Assembly (NCBI GenBank): GCA_964106645.2
Contig: OZ067038.1
Reading direction: 5' to 3' (one strand)
DNA length: 64,000 bases
Source: Podarcis pityusensis
Taxonomy: Eukaryota
Made by a program: the position numbers and the translations under genes. Below are positions 12,756 through 25,100 of this stretch, piece by piece; the stretch's first letter is position 1; each line of letters starts with the position of its first letter. The notes below the pieces were generated by a model that was given only the letters and a program-made list of their open reading frames with translations, made no database searches and was not told where the DNA came from.

Positions 12756-13545
12756 CTTCAGCTGACAATGACTTGGCGCCAGCCCTCTCAAATGCCACTT
12801 TCCCTTCTTTGCCAAGCTCCATGGGCTTGCAAAAAGTTGCTTTTCACATGCATGTTCAGTATTTTGCTGTTTTGAGAGAATTCCGATTAACCATTATATG
12901 ACTTAATCAGCCACATTTCTGGGGATAGATGTTCATTCTATTAGGCATAAAGCCATTTGGGTCTTCTCCAAAGTTGCCATTTAAGGAAAAGTCCAACATT
13001 ATCTAATATCTAATGGTGACACTGGGGAATGCAAAGGCAGTTAGGCATCCCAGCTAAAAAAAAGTTTTTAGTTGCAATATTTGTAAAAGTGCCATGTATA
13101 GATTTTAGATATATTATCAGAACTACATAAATAATTGGATGGATGCTACTTATAACCAAGCATACTCTTATATAAGCATATACACACTTAAACATATGAA
13201 ATGATGTGCATATATGCTAACTTTTCCCCCCTTACAGAGTTAAAATAAGCTGAGAAAGTGTTTTCTTTTTAATAAATGACATACAATATCTTTCCTCATA
13301 ATACAAGCATCTCCCTGCCGTGCTCATTTCAAAAAACCTTCTACTTTTTGCCTGCAGCCGTTAATCAGCTTGTTCACTGATTTTAAAGTTTTTGACATGC
13401 TTCAGTCTGGATTTGGTCTTTAGTTCAGTTTATCACTGTCCCTAGATCTGCACTGTTTTGTTTATTTGATGTGTCTCTTAAGTACTAATGTTGCTGGGAT
13501 CATTTCCCCTTTGGCAAGTAGTCACACACTTTGGCACACTCTGGC

Positions 13546-13695
13546 CAGTCCCATGCAGTGGGGGATGGGCAGCCAGGTGCACTTGCCCTGGGCCCCGGAG
13601 GGCTAAGTTGCTCAGGGCCCCCCGCCAGCACTTATGCTATCATGCTAAGAACAAGACTCCCACCCTGGGCCTCAAACAAGTTCTACACAGGCCTG
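13546..13695. mobile_element. hAT-type MITE
   Basis: TSD ACTCTGGC/ACTCTGAC (7/8); degenerate TIR CAGTCCCATGCAG/CAGGCCTGTGTAG. Confidence 0.6.
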
Positions 13696-14835
13696 ACTCT
13701 GACCAAAGTGAGTTGAATGGTAGAGTTAATGCATAAGTGTACAGTCATCCCTTTGATGTCAGTGGGACTTAACTTTGCCTGAACTTTGCCCATTATGGTT
13801 CCACAATTTCAGATTCACCTTGTTGAGCAAAACATATGAAGCATAGCTAGTATCTCCCTACCTGGAATGGATTTGAAAGCTGAAAAGTACTATGCGTTAA
13901 TTTCTCCCAGTTAAATGGTATTGCTCTTTGGTTTCATAAATCTAGGCTAGTAAAAGACAACAGACCATTTCCGTCATGATTGCTTTTTTAATGTAAGGAG
14001 TTTCCATAGATGTGGCAATGACAAATGTCTCTGCACTGTACCTATGAGATCTAAACATTGGGTGTGGGGATTCCAGTAAACCTCCAGAAGCTATGCCAGA
14101 TATGGATATCTGGGATTTACTAGTCACACCGCTTGAAATGAAACCTGCTTCAATTTTTAACAGCAGCAGAATAAAAGAAAAGAGTAGATAATAATGGAGG
14201 TGCAGTACTATTTCTAGAGCAGTTAAGCTTTCTAGATGGGCTGTTTGAAAAATGTGTTTTTAAGCAACAAAACCACCAACTGCACCATTTTAAAAAGTCC
14301 AAAAATACTGCAGTGTTTGCTGGAACATTTCCAATATCTTGTGAGACAGGTTTTCTGCAGTGAGTGCAACATTCATCAAATGAGAGCATAAAGTGCTTCC
14401 TGGGTCTCACAGTTTAACAGTGAAACATGAACTTCTAGACTCTCAAATGTGCTTTTTGTTTTCTCAATTAAGCATCCCTTTCTGTTCATTTTGCATTTCA
14501 TCCACATCACACTTATGTTTATCTTTAGTGCTTAAGGTTGGGCAGTCTGAGGACAGCCAGTTCTCAGTTATGGTAACAGACCTATTCATAGCACCTTCTG
14601 TGAAGCGAAGGCCCAATGGCCAGAATTGGTGGAAAGGGACAGTCCAGAGACTAGGGATATTATACTACTCAGGTGGATACTCCACCCTTCAGCTCCACAG
14701 CTTACCACATGAGAGAGATCTTCACACATCCAGTTCTAGCCTGGAAACAGCAGATACAACAACGGCAAATAATCAATAGCCTTTAGTCAAAACTAAATGG
14801 TAAAATTTGGAAGGTTTTGTTTTCCTGGTCTGAAC

Positions 14836-15025
14836 CGGGGTGCCAACTTGAATAAAATATTGTGGGGGCCCAGGGGAGCCCCACCCTGCACAATCAATCA
14901 CATGACACAGTGCACACATACCTTTTGAATAGCAGTGCCCATCAACTTTGGGGAGGGGTGGCCCCCTCAAATGTTTTATTGGGGGGGGACGAAGCCTCCA
15001 CAACTTCTAGGAGTTGGCTCCTATG
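14836..15025. mobile_element. hAT-type MITE
   Basis: TSD GTCTGAAC/GTCTGCAC (7/8); ends GGTGCCAACT / AGTTGGCTCC are inverted. Confidence 0.65.
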
Positions 15026-16566
15026 GTCTGCACTTTGTACTTTTAAAAGTTAAAAATTCAGCTTGGGTATTCAGAAGTAATATAAACTGAGACTGACAAT
15101 AGGCTCAATACTGTCTAGAAATCACATCATTAGCCTTAGGGTATTAGTGGTGTGGAAGGTTGCTGTAGTTAAAAGGGGACAGGCCTTCTGCACATGGCCA
15201 AAGGTGGTCTTTTTCATATGTCCTGGGGCCAAGCATAGATCAGGTCTTACAATTATACCTTGAAAATTGCTAACTTGTCTTGAGTCTTGTCCTGGCAAGA
15301 TGGCTAGCAGTGTGAGCCTATACATGTCCATTCAGAAGTAAGTTCCATTGAGTTCAGTGGGACTTACACCCAGACACATGCATATAGGATTGTATCCTAA
15401 CGGAGTTGATCTCTACTTATTTTCATACATTTTTATCCTTCTTTTTTCCACCAACAAACCACCTGTGGTCCACCAGCTTCATTCAGGTGGTCCATAGTGT
15501 GTCAGTAAAGAGAAAATTAAATATGCATCTAGCACAGCCCATTGCAATTGCTACAACAGGAATAATAATAATAAAGTGATCCATCAAGATCCTCAGCAAT
15601 TTTCAAGGGGTCTCGTTGGGGGAGGGGGGACAGGGTTTGGGAACCAGTGCTCTAGGATATCAAGTGTGGGTCAAATAAAGAGCACTAAGGGAAAAAAGAA
15701 GGAACACTTGGGTCTAAGAGTAAGAAAAGGACAGTTTTACAATTTTCTACAGTTAAACCTCTAACTTTCCAACTTTTCATGGCAATCCTATTGTTTCTCT
15801 TTCTGAATAAATATCCCACCCATGTACTCTGCCCCTTCTGTGCCCCCTCCCAGTAATTTTCAAGGTGTGCTGCTACCTTCTGTGTACAAAGGAAAAATGA
15901 ATCTCATTTCCATGGCAAGCACATTCCCTTGTATTATTTCAGCCTCTTATGTTTATTTTCTCCTTCATTTCACCCTCACCCACCCTCCGCCAAGGAGTGC
16001 TACTATACTTTGTCCCCAACCTTGAGATCCAAGTATTCTCCTCACAACTTACACCGTGCACTTTAGAGAGAGAGAGATTACTGCACAGCATCAGGTCCTA
16101 AATTAAACTGCCTGCTGAATCAGGTGTAAGAGTCAGTCTAGAGGAGGCCAGCTAATTGCAGGAGCTCTATTCTGGCTGTTGTGATCAATACCACCAGGAC
16201 CTGAGTGCATTAGAAATAGATAGTGTGCTCTAGACAGCCCCACCTCACTGTCAGATAGGTCAGGCTCCTAGACAGCTAAAAGTTCTTGAGCCTCTTGGCA
16301 GAGACTTAATGTTCAAAGATATAAATGGGCTAAGTCTTAAATGACCATGACAAATGCCACCTACCTTTGCAGTAGATGGTTTAAGTTGACTCATAAATAG
16401 TTTCTAAGACTGGCTATGTACTTCCCAAAGCAACAGCAATAGCAGCACCCCTGCACACATTTTGATGGGAGTTTTGTGGCAATCATAAAATGTAGAACCA
16501 TTACCAAGGTTTTCCAAGGAAAGTTTGGCTCTTATAAAAAAAAAAAAGGTTGAATTTGTTGTTGTT

Positions 16567-17351
16567 AATAATAATAATAATAATAAATTTTATTTATATC
16601 CCGCCCTCCCCAGCCGAAGCCGGGCTCAGGGCGGCTAACAACAATCAAATAATCAAAAAATCAAATAATCACACAATCTAAAAATATTTCATTATAAAAA
16701 TTAATTAAATCAAATTGATGGCAACCAATTAAGCAAAGTTCTGTGCAGGTTGCCAGAGGAGGGAGTCAGGCTGCGCCCTGATCAAAGGCCTGGTGGAACA
16801 ACTCTGTCTTGCAGGCCCTGCGGAAAGATGTCAAGTCCCGCAGGGCCCTAGTCTCTTGTGACAGAGCATTCCACCAGATTGGGGCCGCAGCCGAGAAGGC
16901 CCTGGCTCTAGTTGAGGCCAGCCTAACCTCTCTGAGGCCTGGGACCTTGAGGATGTTATTATTTGCAGACCGTAGGTTTCTCTGTGGGGCATACCAGGAG
17001 AGGCGGTCCCGTAGGTACGAGGGTCCTAGGCCGTATAGGGCTTTAAAGGTTAAAACCAGCACCTTAAACCTGATCCTGTACTCCACCGGGAGCCAGTGCA
17101 GCTGGTATAGTACCGGATGAATGTGATCTCGCAGCGAAGAGCCCATAAGGAGTCTCGCCGCGGCATTCTGCACCCGCTGGAGTTTCTGGGTCAGTCTCAA
17201 GGGCAGCCCCACGTAGAGCGAGTTACAATAATCCAGTCTGGAGGTGACCGTCGCATGGATCACAGTGGCTAGGTCAGGGCGAGAGAGATAAGGGGCCAAC
17301 TGCTTAGCTTGGCGGAGATGAAAAAATGCCGCCTTTGTTATAGCTGTAATC
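16567..17351 (-). mobile_element. 5'-truncated L2-clade LINE
   Basis: Open frame 16766-17351 with SRLDYCNSL, LQRVQNAAAR, LHWLPV, RAFSAAAPIWWN; (ATT)n tail; possible TSD TGTTGTTGTT (16557-16566, 17352-17361; low complexity); CpGs intact. Confidence 0.9.
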
Positions 17352-17799
17352 TGTTGTTGTTTGTTTAACTGCCCCACACAACTGAAGGCATGAAACGAGA
17401 AAGCAAATAAAAACTAGCCTCCTGGTGTAATTATTTGTAAAAAAAATACTAAGAAAACTGAAGCAAACATCCATAACCAATTCCATACATATAATTCATA
17501 TGAACTGCATATTGGCACTGTGCAAACTATATTAGAGAGAAATGGCAATTCCTTTTAATAAAGGAATAAATTTTTATCATGCATAAGTCGAGGGGGGGGT
17601 TGCATCATGGAGCCATTTCCACTTATGGGAGAAAAAGACTATAACAGCTTGTGGCCTGCACTCTCACTATGCCACCCATCTGTGGTTCAATAAAATTTTG
17701 GCCTGTTATTTTAAACTAGTGCATGCCTGATCTCAGTGATGGTCCAAAATGCCGGGACCTGAAGCAGAAGTCTAAGTACACCCACATAAGTGTGGCAAA

Positions 17800-18420
17800 A
17801 GTATTTATTTTTTAAATAATTTCTGTACTGCTTAATACGGTAGTTTCTAAACAGGTTATAGCCTAAATAAACACTGGTTAAAAGTAACCATAAGATCAGA
17901 AAAACTTACTTAAAACAGCTGCTAAAATAAAATAAAAAGTTTTCACCAAGTGGCAGAAATTCGTAAGGGAGGGCACTGGCAGAGGAAGGGGTGTGTGGTC
18001 CACCCTGGGTGTCATCCCTGGGGAGGGGGTGACATTGCCACGGGCAGTGCCCTCCTGGGACGCTCACTGCTTGCCATGGCACCCCCCTGGGACGCTCACC
18101 ACAGGCAGCGCTGCCCCCATGTACAGCTCGCCCTGCCCCCAGGTGCACAACATGTGTGCCGCTCTGGGTGCCAGAGCAGCTAGCTCCGCCTCTGAGGGAG
18201 GGTAGCTGTCTGATCTCAGTCAGGAGACAGTTCCACAGAATTTGACCTGCAATACTGAATGCACAGCTACTGGTGGATATGAACTCTGCATCTGAGCCAC
18301 AGTGGACCACTAGCACTGACTCCCCTGAAGACGTCAGTGATCAGGCAGGAATATAAGCTATCCTTTTATAATAATGAACTGCCATCTGAAGCGGGCTGCT
18401 TCACACTGCCTAACTGTAGG
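17800..18420 (-). mobile_element. Degenerate L2 3' fragment hosting the 17974-18194 MITE
   Basis: Remnant AFSIAGQILWNCLLTEIRQLPSL resembles the L2 ORF2 C-terminus; boundaries approximate. Confidence 0.55.
17974..18194. mobile_element. hAT-type MITE inserted into an old L2
   Basis: 8-bp TSD AGGGAGGG (17966-17973, 18195-18202); imperfect TIR CACTGGCAGAG/CAGAGGCGGAG. Confidence 0.75.
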
Positions 18421-18639
18421 AGCTTTTCAGTTTGGCTAAGTACAGAACCAGTTCAGATGAAATGGATCGGCATGTCAAGACAATAATGGCGGAACTGCAG
18501 CAGCCCGGGCCACTTAGCCAATGTGATTGCCCCACCACCAAGATAGATGCTCATCTCTTTGGACATTACTCAGACAGGGCCTTCACAAATATTATTCAAC
18601 ATTCACAGGTCTGGATTAAACAGTTAGTTCCCATATATC

Positions 18640-18982
18640 ATACTCTCCAACATCTCTCCAATGAAAATAGGAACAACCCATTCCATAATGATCATTTTAC
18701 TATTTATACCCCACACATCTTACTGGGTTGCCCCAGCCACTCTGGGCAGCTTTCAATATATATAAAAACATAATAAACCGTTAAACATTAACAAAAACTT
18801 CCCTATACAGGATTGCCTTCAAACAGCTTGGGCGCTGGATAACTCCATACCCTCCAACATTTCTCCAATGAAAATAGGTACATCCTAAGGAAAAGTGGGA
18901 CAACCCAGGATCAAATCAGAAACCATGACAGCTTCTTTAAATGAGGGATGTCCCTGGAAAATAGGGACACTTGGAGGATCTG
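18640..18982. repeat. Composite repeat: duplicated MITE-like end around a reversed L2-type tail
   Basis: CTCCAACATyTCTCCAATGAAAATAGG occurs twice (~18645, ~18852); the sequence between matches the reverse complement of 22148-22228; closes with TTGGAGG. Confidence 0.55.
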
Positions 18983-19351
18983 ATATCTTATAAGAACCAC
19001 ATAGCTCAAACAAGGCATGTAGGCCTTGTCCAAACATTATATCAGATGCATAATGATGCTGCACAGAGGCTGCATTGCTTTTAGAATTTGTCCAAACCAA
19101 CCTGCGTTTCTGCTCATGTCAGATGTTTGGGTTAACCACAGCAGGCAGTTTTTCACATACTAGAATTCTAAGTAGGTTGATCGGTGGCATGAAAAATTAT
19201 GATCCATGCCTATAATTAACTGTTGACGTCTGGTTGAAGCAAAAGCATTTTTTTAAACGCTCAGGTGGAAACGAAGCTATTTCCAAGCAGGTTTACCATT
19301 CCTGCAGTTTGTAAATGTGATTCTCAAAAGATTTACAGCTACAGTATAAAG

Positions 19352-19761
19352 AAGGGATGGGGAACCCTTTTCAGTCCAAATGCTGTATACCAAGGGGCTC
19401 TCGAATGTCTGTGGTGGGTGGGAACTTAAACAAAGACAGGCAGAACCAAAGTGGGCAATGCAATGGATGATATTCTTACCTGTGTTGAATTCTTTCCTCT
19501 GTAAAGTAGGCTACATCCCACTCACACCAAGGTAAGAGGTTTCCAGGCATACTCATACCCACACATCTTTCTCTCCACACTCCATCCCAGACAAGCAAGA
19601 GGCACTATCATATTCCAGACAGGGAAAAGCACCTGAGGAGGGCCTGTGAGGTGTGTGACCTGAGCAAAAGGGGAGCAGCTAAGGAAGAGAGAGTCCGAAA
19701 GGTCTGAGAGAAACGCATGGAGGGCCCCATCCAATCCAAGGCCTGAGGTTCTCAACCCCTG
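19352..19761. mobile_element. Degenerate hAT-like MITE; relatives at ~27741-28062 and ~36259-36586
   Basis: Ends AGGGATGGGGAACC / GGTTCTCAACCCCTG are inverted; shared subterminal sequence. Confidence 0.55.
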
Positions 19762-20299
19762 AAATAATATCTGTATGAAACAGAAAGTCCCCATAAATTT
19801 AATTATGATTACACAAGAACATGCAGACTGATGCTGGAAGGTAGGCACAGTGAGTTAGCCAAATGATTCAACCCTAATTTCAGTGTTCCAAACAATTTAT
19901 CCCCTTGCCCTCTTTATTCAAAGGGCAACATGCGTAATTATTGATATTTGAATAAAGTAAGTAAGCAAAGCCATTAGTCTGTCATTTCCGAGCTTCTAAA
20001 ATGCTTTAATGGTTTTAGATGAAAATGGTGGAGGGGTAGGGGACTTTTACAGGGAACATAAAGTAATGCATCTCAGAAGGGAGAAATTCAAAGGCTTTAT
20101 AATTTCCTTTTGACCTCCTTGATGATCAAGGTTAAGATACAGCTTTGATCTGGAATCTCTGTGTTGTGATCACATCCAAGATTTTGCTATAAAAGAAACT
20201 ATACTTTGTCCTGGAAACAGAGTTTCAAATTACATAAATGCATAGACCTTGGAACCACCCACCCCAGTGCCTCTGTCTTATCAGGATTCGGTTTCAGTT

Positions 20300-20600
20300 T
20301 ACTGGCCCTTATCCAGTCCATCACTGCATCCAGGCACAAGTCTAGGTTGTAACTGCCAGGGGTCTGAGGCACAATTACCCAATATTACTCTCTGGAACTG
20401 GCCCAGGAACCAATGCAGGAGGACACCATGGACAATAGTGTCAAAAGTCACTGAGAAATCAAGCAAGAGTAACTTGGTGGCAGCCTTGCTGTCCCTTTCC
20501 CAATAGGCATAATCTGCCAAGTGATCAAGGTGAATTCCAACCTAAACCTGGGCCTGAGCCCAGACTGGAATGGGTCCAGAAAACTAGTATCTTCCTAAAA
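20300..20600 (-). mobile_element. Degenerate L2 RT fragment
   Basis: LLLLDFSVTFDTIVHGVLL resembles L2 LLDLSAAFDTIDH. Confidence 0.65.
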
Positions 20601-20684
20601 CATCTTGCCCAAAGAAGGGGATTTTTTTGCAGGTGGTAGTTATTGTAAACATCTGGGTTCAAGGAGGGCTACTTTAGGAGTAGT

Positions 20685-21234
20685 CAGCGGCGTAGCGTGG
20701 GTTATCAGCACCCGGGGCAAGGCAAGTAATTTGCGCCCCCTAACCCGGGGCAAGGCAAATAATTTGCGCCCCCTAACCCGGGGCAAGGCAAGTACAGTAA
20801 TTTACTCTCCCAAGCAGCAGCAGCAGCGAGGCTTCTCTTTCCCCCGCGCTCTCCTGGAGCTGCCTCTTTTCTTTCCTTTTTTCCTTTTCTCCAAGGCTTT
20901 TCGCTTTCTCTCCTTAATTGATTCCTCCTCCACACCGCAGCGTTTCCTAGCTGCTTCCCCCCCCTTCCCCTCTCTCTCCTCCTCGCTCTGCTTGCCTTGC
21001 CCTGCACCGGCAGCAGCCCGCCCGCCCGCCCACCCGGCTTCCTCTCCTTTTTTTGCCCGCGGCAGAAGGCTTCGCTCTCCCCCTTCCGCGACCTCCTCGC
21101 CAAGCCGAGCGAGCGCGGGCTCCCTAACCTGTGGATTTTAGTAGGGGCAGAGAGCTGCTAGTGCGAGCGCGCCCCCCGCCCATGTTGCGCCCGGTGCGGC
21201 CGGCCCCCCTGGCACCCCCCACGCTACGCCACTG
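20685..21234. mobile_element. Non-autonomous hAT-type element with CpG-rich interior
   Basis: Perfect 8-bp TSD GGAGTAGT (20677-20684, 21235-21242); 17-bp TIR CAGyGGCGTAGCGTGGG with 1 mismatch; 33-bp subterminal tandem repeat at 20710, 20743, 20776. Confidence 0.9.
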
Positions 21235-21730
21235 GGAGTAGTCGCATAATTGCTTCTCTTCTCATAATTTAAGGAGCAACCAAAATACTGTAGTAATGCA
21301 GGCATAACACTGCAAGAAAGGACGACCTTTACAGAGAACTGTGCTGTTCAACACATTGAGAATACAGGGGTGGGGGGCGGTCTGTAAGGCTGTGACTAAA
21401 TGCAAAGATATTCAAGCCTCAAAACTTTGGCAGTCTCAATCAGAAATTGAGCTGGCAGCCACAACCTTCTTACCTGCATACATCTTCATTGTGTGGGTTT
21501 CCTGGAAAACACATTACTCATGTATATCGAGTCAGAGCATCCTAAAATAATTGGATCATTTTCAATGTAAACCCAGACTTCAATAATGTTGGTCTGTAAC
21601 CTTGCCACACTCTTGCTGCAAGGTTGTTTTTCTGCATGGCATTTACTGGATGTGCATAGGATTGAAGCAAAACTCATATTTTCCACATGAAGCAGGATTA
21701 TCAGTGATTGGTAAGTAGGGTATGTGTTTC

Positions 21731-21871
21731 ATTTTTATCTTCTCCTTTCTCCAGGCTGCTCAAGGAAGCATCTCTTGCTCCAGATTTCCCTTACAACATC
21801 CCTGTGAGGTGGGTGAGGCTGAGAGATAGTACACAGCCTAAGGTCATCCAGTAAATTTCATAGCTAAGTGG
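21731..21871 (-). mobile_element. MIR/CORE-like SINE fragment
   Basis: Reverse-complement similarity to the neighbouring copy (ACAACATCCCTGTGAGGT, AAGGTCATCCAGT). Confidence 0.6.
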
Positions 21872-21911
21872 TCCAACTGGCATCACAATATCGCTGGCAG
21901 CTTTTCTTTCC

Positions 21912-22145
21912 AGAGTCAGTGTGATGTAATGGCTAGAGTGTTGGACTAGGACCTAGAAGACCAGGGTTTGAATCCCCACTCATCCATGAAGCCCACTGGG
22001 TGACCTTGGGTCAGTCACCATCTCTTAGCCTAAACTACTTCACAGAATTGTTGTGATGATGAATTGTGAGAGAGGGGAACCATGTACACCACCTTGAGAT
22101 CATTGGAAGAAAAATGTGGTATATAAATGAAATGAATAAATAAAT
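21912..22145 (+). mobile_element. tRNA-derived MIR/CORE-like SINE
   Basis: A-box TGGCTAGAGTG, B-box GGTTTGAATCC, GTGACCTTGGG core, TTGTTGTGA, A-rich tail; followed by an L2-type tail at 22148-22228. Confidence 0.75.
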
Positions 22146-25100
22146 ATGTTGGAAGCCACCCAGAGTGGCTGGGGCAACCTAGTCAGATGGGCGGGGTATA
22201 AATAATAAAATTAATTATTTTTTATTATTCACCAGCTGGGGCTGAAATGCTTCTATTATCTGCCAGAAGTAAACAGCGAGTTAACTGGGATTGTCCAGGG
22301 GTTGGGTTTGCCCTTTGAGCTATTGCCATATACTGTTGCAATAAACCATTTTCAGTACTTCTGCTCTGTCACAAGCTCTTCCGCCCACCCTGTATGTTGG
22401 ATGCAATATTTAGGAAAGCAATTCAGAATTACTCTACGGCAAACAAACTGCTAAATAACCCACTGACAATCTAAATGTTGTAAGCCGTTTAGTAAGGTGC
22501 ATATCACTTGCTATCATTTTCATGTCCAGGAAATAAACTGTTACTGCAGTGCTGTGTTACAATTCACTTACAGGGACAGTCATTAAGTGTGTGTGGGTTT
22601 AAAAAAATATATCCAAGAAGCTTTTGGCTATTTATTCATCTAGGGATTTCTTGTCGGGTGGTTTGCTTTCTATTTTATCACGTGTAATATAACACATAAG
22701 TGATTGCGATGAATTTGAAGTGCTAATCTTACAAGAGTTAACATTAGTGCAATACAAAAAGGTGGTCTGGATTGAAAACAGTTGTGGTCGATGTAAGGAT
22801 CAGTTTTACCAGTACTCAAAATGGAGTGTGGTGGTGAGGATGCCCATTGCCAGAAACTGATGCTAATCTTTGGGAATTAATTAAGGGCATAATCTCAGCA
22901 CACCCAAAAACACCACCCCAGTCTGATGCTGTGACTGTGGTCGTATGGATCCGCAGGCAGCCACAATAGGAATCCAAGGTAGCACTAGAGGCACTTAACT
23001 CAGAAGTGTCCCCTCTCTTGCCTTCCCTAGCAGATGACTGATTCTAGATTCTTCAAGTCGGGACACTCCTCTGCCCTAGGACCAGCCCAGCTCGACAAAA
23101 AACCATAGGGCATCATCATGAGGGTGGGACAGCTGAAGGCAAGACTTCTTACAATGTTTGCCCTAGCACGGCCTTGGGGGTGACACTGGCCTCTTCTTCT
23201 TCAGGCAGCCAGATATCTTGGGCCGGCACCAACTTCCTCTCAACTCCAATTTCCATCCCACTTAACAACAGACTGACTGGCACAGTGACAGTTTTTCTGC
23301 AAACCAGCCCTCTACTGGATCCGCGATGAGACTGTGAGAGCAGCAACAGGCACGGAGCCTTTTATAGTTCTTTGAATTCCAGCCAATGTCTGAAATCATC
23401 TTTAATGAAAAAAATAAACCACTTAAGCCCGTTTGTTTAGAGCAGACACCATATATGCACACAAACACATTACAAGCTGTATAGGCATGCCGGGAGTGGA
23501 GGGAATGTGCTCCCCTAAGGCTCTCTCATAAAATAATTCAGTTTTGATCTAGAAACTGCCAACCCTGTAATAATGTGGCATGGCACTGAAGCATCCTTAT
23601 TAAATTACTCTTATGTTGTGGCTGGGTTTCTTGGCGCTTTTTTATGGGGGAAACACAAAATATAGATCAAAGCAGTGCTCGCTATTATAGACTTGGTGAT
23701 TTTATTTTTCAGGTTGCCACTGTTACTGTTTAAATTGCTAGGTGATCTGAAATTAATCTGGCACTTTTAGCAAACATGAGCTCAGATCTCTTGAGGCGTC
23801 CGAGGATGCAGGTTAAGCATTGTGAATACTTAACAGTGATTTTAAAATTCATTTTAGGTACTGGACCTTCAGGACCATTTATCAACATAAACTGAGAAAA
23901 CTTTAAAAGAAACAGACTTAAGACTCTCTCGTGCAGTCAAGTTCCCATCAATCACTTCAGCGTAGCACAGATGACAATGTCTTACGAGGATAATTTCACA
24001 CGCTTCATACTACTTTACAGAGAAATACAGCTACACAAGGAGCAGTGTATTTCTTCGAAATACTGATGTAAACTAAATCCCCAAAATATCTACTGGCTGC
24101 TCAAGAGTGATTTTAGCATTGCTTGATACATATTTCTATTTAGTATTTCATCGTGGATAGAAAATATAACAAATATAACATATTTGATCACTCACGTGAT
24201 TTCATCTACCCCAATAAAAAATCAATAGATCCATCTTTTCAAAAAAAATATTTAAATTGGATAATGATTGCACTTATTAAGTTTTAATTAAATTCATGGT
24301 CTTTCCAGACAATCTGTAGCATAACAAAAGTACAGTTATTATTGATTTATTGCTCAGTATCAACATCAAATCCCTCAAATGGTTCTTTCTGACTCTGGTT
24401 ATTTTACTGTTTCAGCCATACCTCTTGCTTGTTGACAAGTTTATTTGCCTAACTGACATCTAGCAAAGTTCAACAAGCTTCTGGGAAGATCAGGCAGGTT
24501 TTGTGTAAGGTGCTTCCAGAATCCCCCATGCCTAATGACATCTTCTCTATGATAGAAACCTGATTATGAAATGCACTTCCACTGGAAGCGCCAGTGGAAT
24601 GTATATAAGCCATACATTCATTTTCTCAAAAAATCCTGGGAACTTTAGTTTGTTAAGAGTGCTGGTAATTGTGGTTCTGTGGGCAGAAACTGTAATTCCC
24701 ATAAATCTTTTTGGGAAGTGATGTGTTTTGAATGTATGATGTGTACACACCCTGGGGGCCAAATATGTTTTTGTTTCAGCTCTAGGGTAATGACTCACAT
24801 TTTCTGGGCTTTTGTATCTTAGTTAGGAGCAGTGAACCCTTGGCCCACCAGATGTTGCTGAACAACAATCCGCATTAGCCCTATGGCCTAGAACCCCTGG
24901 AATCTCACACCACTCAGAGTTGGGTGGGGTGCAACAATATCATGGCTGTAAATTGTAGCCAAGAAGTACCCAACAGGATGCCTTGTAGTTGTTGTTGGAC
25001 TCTCACTACCCTTATCCTTGGACGTGCTGATGAGAATTGCTGTCCAAAGACATCTGGAGGGCACCACATTGGCTAGTCTTGATGTATATAGCCTAAGGCA

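Noticed and set aside
20710-20794. CRISPR-like 33-bp periodicity
   Set aside because: Contiguous repeats without unique spacers, eukaryotic context, no cas genes.
20605-21141. 178-aa (+) and 132-aa (-) ORFs
   Set aside because: Low-complexity translations of a GC-rich MITE interior; no recognisable domain.
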